The translations under genes were made by a program, and so were the position numbers. DNA of 17,979 nucleotides from a bacterium (lineage in GTDB: Bacteria > Desulfobacterota > DSWW01): assembly GCA_040756235.1 (NCBI GenBank), contig JBFLZG010000020.1, positions 1 to 17,979 on the forward strand, in the 5' to 3' direction. Positions 15,685-17,979 of this stretch are shown here, in pieces. The notes under the pieces are model-generated. The model was not told the DNA's origin. It saw only the letters and a list, made by a program, of their open reading frames with translations, and ran no database searches. Position 1 is the stretch's first letter, and each line of letters opens with the position of its first letter.

Positions 15685-17337
15685 ATGAAAGAGAAAAGGT
15701 GGCTACCGGCAGGCGGTCTCTGTCTGTTCTTCCTCCTTGGGCCGGTGACAGAGAGCCATGCCCTCTACATCGACGAAGCGAACACCCTGGAGATCTCGGC
15801 CAAGGCGCAGACTCGGGCGACGGTCAGACTGCAGGAGAGCGACACGGAGACGAATCACAAAGGATATACGTGGCCAGAAGTGGAAGGGGGGCAGCTCGTC
15901 CAGCACCGGAACCTGGCGCTCATCGAGCTCAATCACGACCTCAAGGCCCTCACGAAACAGCTGCCCATTCTCTATCCGTTGCGGGCCCTGAAGATCGACA
16001 GCAAGTACCACCTCGTAGGCCGCTTCCTGTACGAGGCCGTGTATGACTACGGCCCCGATGTCCTGCAGGATGCCGCGGAAATGGATTCGGAGAATTTCGA
16101 CACCTTCAAGCAGAGCTACGATCTCTGGGAAGCGTATGCGGACTTATCCAGAGGCCCCCTGTTCGTGCGGGTCGGCCGGCAGAACCTCGCCTGGGGCGAG
16201 ACCGACATCTTCCGGCTCCTGGACGGCATCAACCCGCTGGACAACACCTTCGGCGGCCCTTTCGAGGACCTGGACGACCGCCGGATTCCGCTTTGGATGC
16301 TGCGCTCGAGCGTGAACCTCGGTCTGGTGGGCCCGATCTCTTCTCTTACGTTGGGAGGGTTTTTCGTGCCCGGCAAGCTCGACGCCCGGGTGGCCCCGGA
16401 GAGCTGGCTGCCCAACGGGAGCCCCTACGCGGCTCCGGTGCCTAGGCTGCTGGTGCCTTCGCTCAGGAACGTGCCGCCGGAACGCGACTGGAGCGAGAGC
16501 CGCTGGGGCGTCAGGATTCAGGGGCTCGTCGGCTCCAACCTGAACCTGTCGGTCGCGCACTACAAGACCTTTCTGGACATGGCGACCCCCAGGAGCGTGG
16601 TGATCGGCAATCCACCCGTCTTGTCGGACTTGAACTCCCTGCAACTCCATTTCGAGTACCCGGAGGTGCAGATCACGGGTGCGAGCATGAACTACTGGGA
16701 GTCGGTAACCGACACCGTGTTCCGGGGCGAGGTGGCGATGTTCTGGAAGGAGCCGGTCTATATCCCACAGATCAACAACTCGACCCTGTTTGGGCCCCAG
16801 CTCGAGCTCCCGCCGGAGGTCCTGGAGGTGTTGGCCCAAGTGCTGGGCGTGGACATCCGGGACCTGGGCCTGAGCGGGCTGCCCGTGGACCCCAAGAGCG
16901 GAAGGACCCCCAAGAAGAACATCCTGCGCTACATGCTGGGGTTCGACAAGCAGATCTGGATCCGGCCCTTGAACAAGGTCAACACCTTCTTCATCTCGGG
17001 GCAGTACTTCGGCCAGTACGTCCCGGAATACGACGACCGAATGGCGGTTCCGGCTCTCATCTACCCCAGCCTGAAGAAGTACGTACCGGTCCGGGAGTTT
17101 GAAAGCGTGTTCACGACGCTTGTCAACACGATGTACATGAATGGGAACCTCCTGCCCCAGGTCGCCGCGGCCTACGACGTGCGGGGAGCCTTCCTGGTGC
17201 AGCCGTCGATCACCTACATCTGGGAGCCGTTTCGGATCGGGGTGCAGTACAGCACGATCTTCGGGAGCTTCGTCAATTTCGGGCTGTTCCGTGACCGCGA
17301 TCAGATCTCCGTCATCTTCAGTTATCTACTCAATTAG
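15685..17337 (+). CDS. DUF1302-like outer-membrane beta-barrel protein (AupA-like putative uptake channel)
   Basis: Start ATG 15685 after GAGGGGG. Signal peptide ending SHA|LY. Motifs LWEAYAD...RVGRQNLAWGE...LDGINPLD and RIPLW, and a terminal RDRDQISVIFSY amphipathic strand. Confidence 0.83.
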   Translation: MKEKRWLPAGGLCLFFLLGPVTESHALYIDEANTLEISAKAQTRATVRLQESDTETNHKGYTWPEVEGGQLVQHRNLALIELNHDLKALTKQLPILYPLRALKIDSKYHLVGRFLYEAVYDYGPDVLQDAAEMDSENFDTFKQSYDLWEAYADLSRGPLFVRVGRQNLAWGETDIFRLLDGINPLDNTFGGPFEDLDDRRIPLWMLRSSVNLGLVGPISSLTLGGFFVPGKLDARVAPESWLPNGSPYAAPVPRLLVPSLRNVPPERDWSESRWGVRIQGLVGSNLNLSVAHYKTFLDMATPRSVVIGNPPVLSDLNSLQLHFEYPEVQITGASMNYWESVTDTVFRGEVAMFWKEPVYIPQINNSTLFGPQLELPPEVLEVLAQVLGVDIRDLGLSGLPVDPKSGRTPKKNILRYMLGFDKQIWIRPLNKVNTFFISGQYFGQYVPEYDDRMAVPALIYPSLKKYVPVREFESVFTTLVNTMYMNGNLLPQVAAAYDVRGAFLVQPSITYIWEPFRIGVQYSTIFGSFVNFGLFRDRDQISVIFSYLLN

Positions 17338-17504
17338 GCTGGGATCGATCTTCCTCTGTTCGCCAGAAGCTGTTGGGGTTTGCCGGCCCGCGAAGGGTGA
17401 TGCGGCGGGACTTCCTGCCCGAGACGGTTGCGGATGCCAGCGGCGAGCGGACCTTTTCTCTGCCACACGGGCAGAGTGCCCGAGGTATGCCAGAAGGCCA
17501 GATT

Positions 17505-17726
17505 TCAGGCCCTATACCGCCCCGGCTCCCACTGCCGTCTCGAGATCTGCTTGTCTTGGGCGCGCTCGGCCTGCCTGTCTTCCCGCCATTGGATCTCCCT
17601 GTTCACGACGGAGCGAGCTTCCTCGGCCTTTGCGTCTCGGAGCTGGTCCAGGATGAGCTTGGCGGCCTCCGGCGCGATCGCGACACTGCGCGTCTCGGGG
17701 AGGCTCTTGTACTCCCCGAGCTCCAC
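17505..17726 (-). CDS. Small hypothetical protein (73 aa, charged, predicted helical)
   Basis: GTG start with AGGGAG 8 nt upstream on the minus strand. Composition looks like a real protein, unlike the shadow ORFs. No family recognised. Confidence 0.4.
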   Translation of the reverse strand: MELGEYKSLPETRSVAIAPEAAKLILDQLRDAKAEEARSVVNREIQWREDRQAERAQDKQISRRQWEPGRYRA

Positions 17727-17858
17727 GATGATGTCTCCCTGCCTGGGCTGTCTGCGGCGCGGACCTGTCTGCGAGGGCGACCTCCATTTCGGCAGCGATC
17801 TTCGCCCACCATCTCTCGTATCGGATCAGGCTGGAGGACTTCGGGCAGCTGTTAGCTA

Positions 17859-17979
17859 GAGCCTGTCCCAAAAGTAGTTGAGCAACGATTTTGAGGTGTT
17901 AGTGGCCAAAAAGAAAGAGCAAAGCGGGGCGGATGCCACTGCTTTGCTCCATTTGGTGTGCTATAAGCTCCAGTGACAG
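17859..17979. mobile_element. Possible terminus of an insertion sequence (IS5- or IS1182-like terminal inverted repeat); the element would extend beyond the window
   Basis: CTA followed by GAGCCTGTCCCAAAAGT (17859-17875) resembles IS5/IS1182-type ends, and GC drops abruptly here. No transposase or partner repeat is visible. Confidence 0.45.
17908..17949 (-). terminator. Intrinsic terminator-like hairpin on the minus strand
   Basis: GAGCAAAGC (17917-17925) and GCTTTGCTC (17941-17949) form a stem that extends inward to a 4-nt loop. On the minus strand it is followed by TTTCTTTTT. Confidence 0.65.

Noticed and set aside
3723..16839. Other long minus-strand and alternate-frame ORFs (e.g. 3723-4961, 4961-6277, 6349-7800, 8942-9955, 14312-15457)
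   Set aside because: All overlap well-supported sense genes and show the Arg/Pro/Gly bias of GC-rich shadow frames.
1..17979. CRISPR arrays, tRNA/rRNA genes, integrase or defence genes
   Set aside because: No regularly spaced repeats or recognisable RNA-gene or recombinase motifs were seen by eye.

Overview
A GC-rich bacterial window holding one co-oriented (+ strand) catabolic gene cluster. The outer-membrane gene implies a diderm host. A MarR-family regulator (274-780) precedes an 11-gene enzyme run: acyl-CoA ligase, two Cys-less SCP2/Ltp-type thiolase-fold proteins, a DUF35 Zn-ribbon/OB-fold protein, a cyclase-family metallohydrolase, a CaiB/BaiF (AMACR-like) enzyme, a beta-lactamase-fold serine hydrolase, a phosphotriesterase-like hydrolase, an SDR, an MmgE/PrpD protein and a second SDR. 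A further unit encodes a third SDR plus secreted DUF1329 and outer-membrane DUF1302 proteins. The clearest non-coding signal is a ~29-bp palindromic operator found three times (223-251, 799-827, 13203-13231), once before each of the three units, which suggests a self-contained MarR regulon. The enzyme set points to an uncharacterised uptake, hydrolysis, CoA-activation and retro-aldol pathway; the substrate cannot be determined from sequence. The right edge resembles an IS end with a minus-strand terminator, and the left edge may hold another element end. All family calls are from motifs recognised by eye, with no database search.
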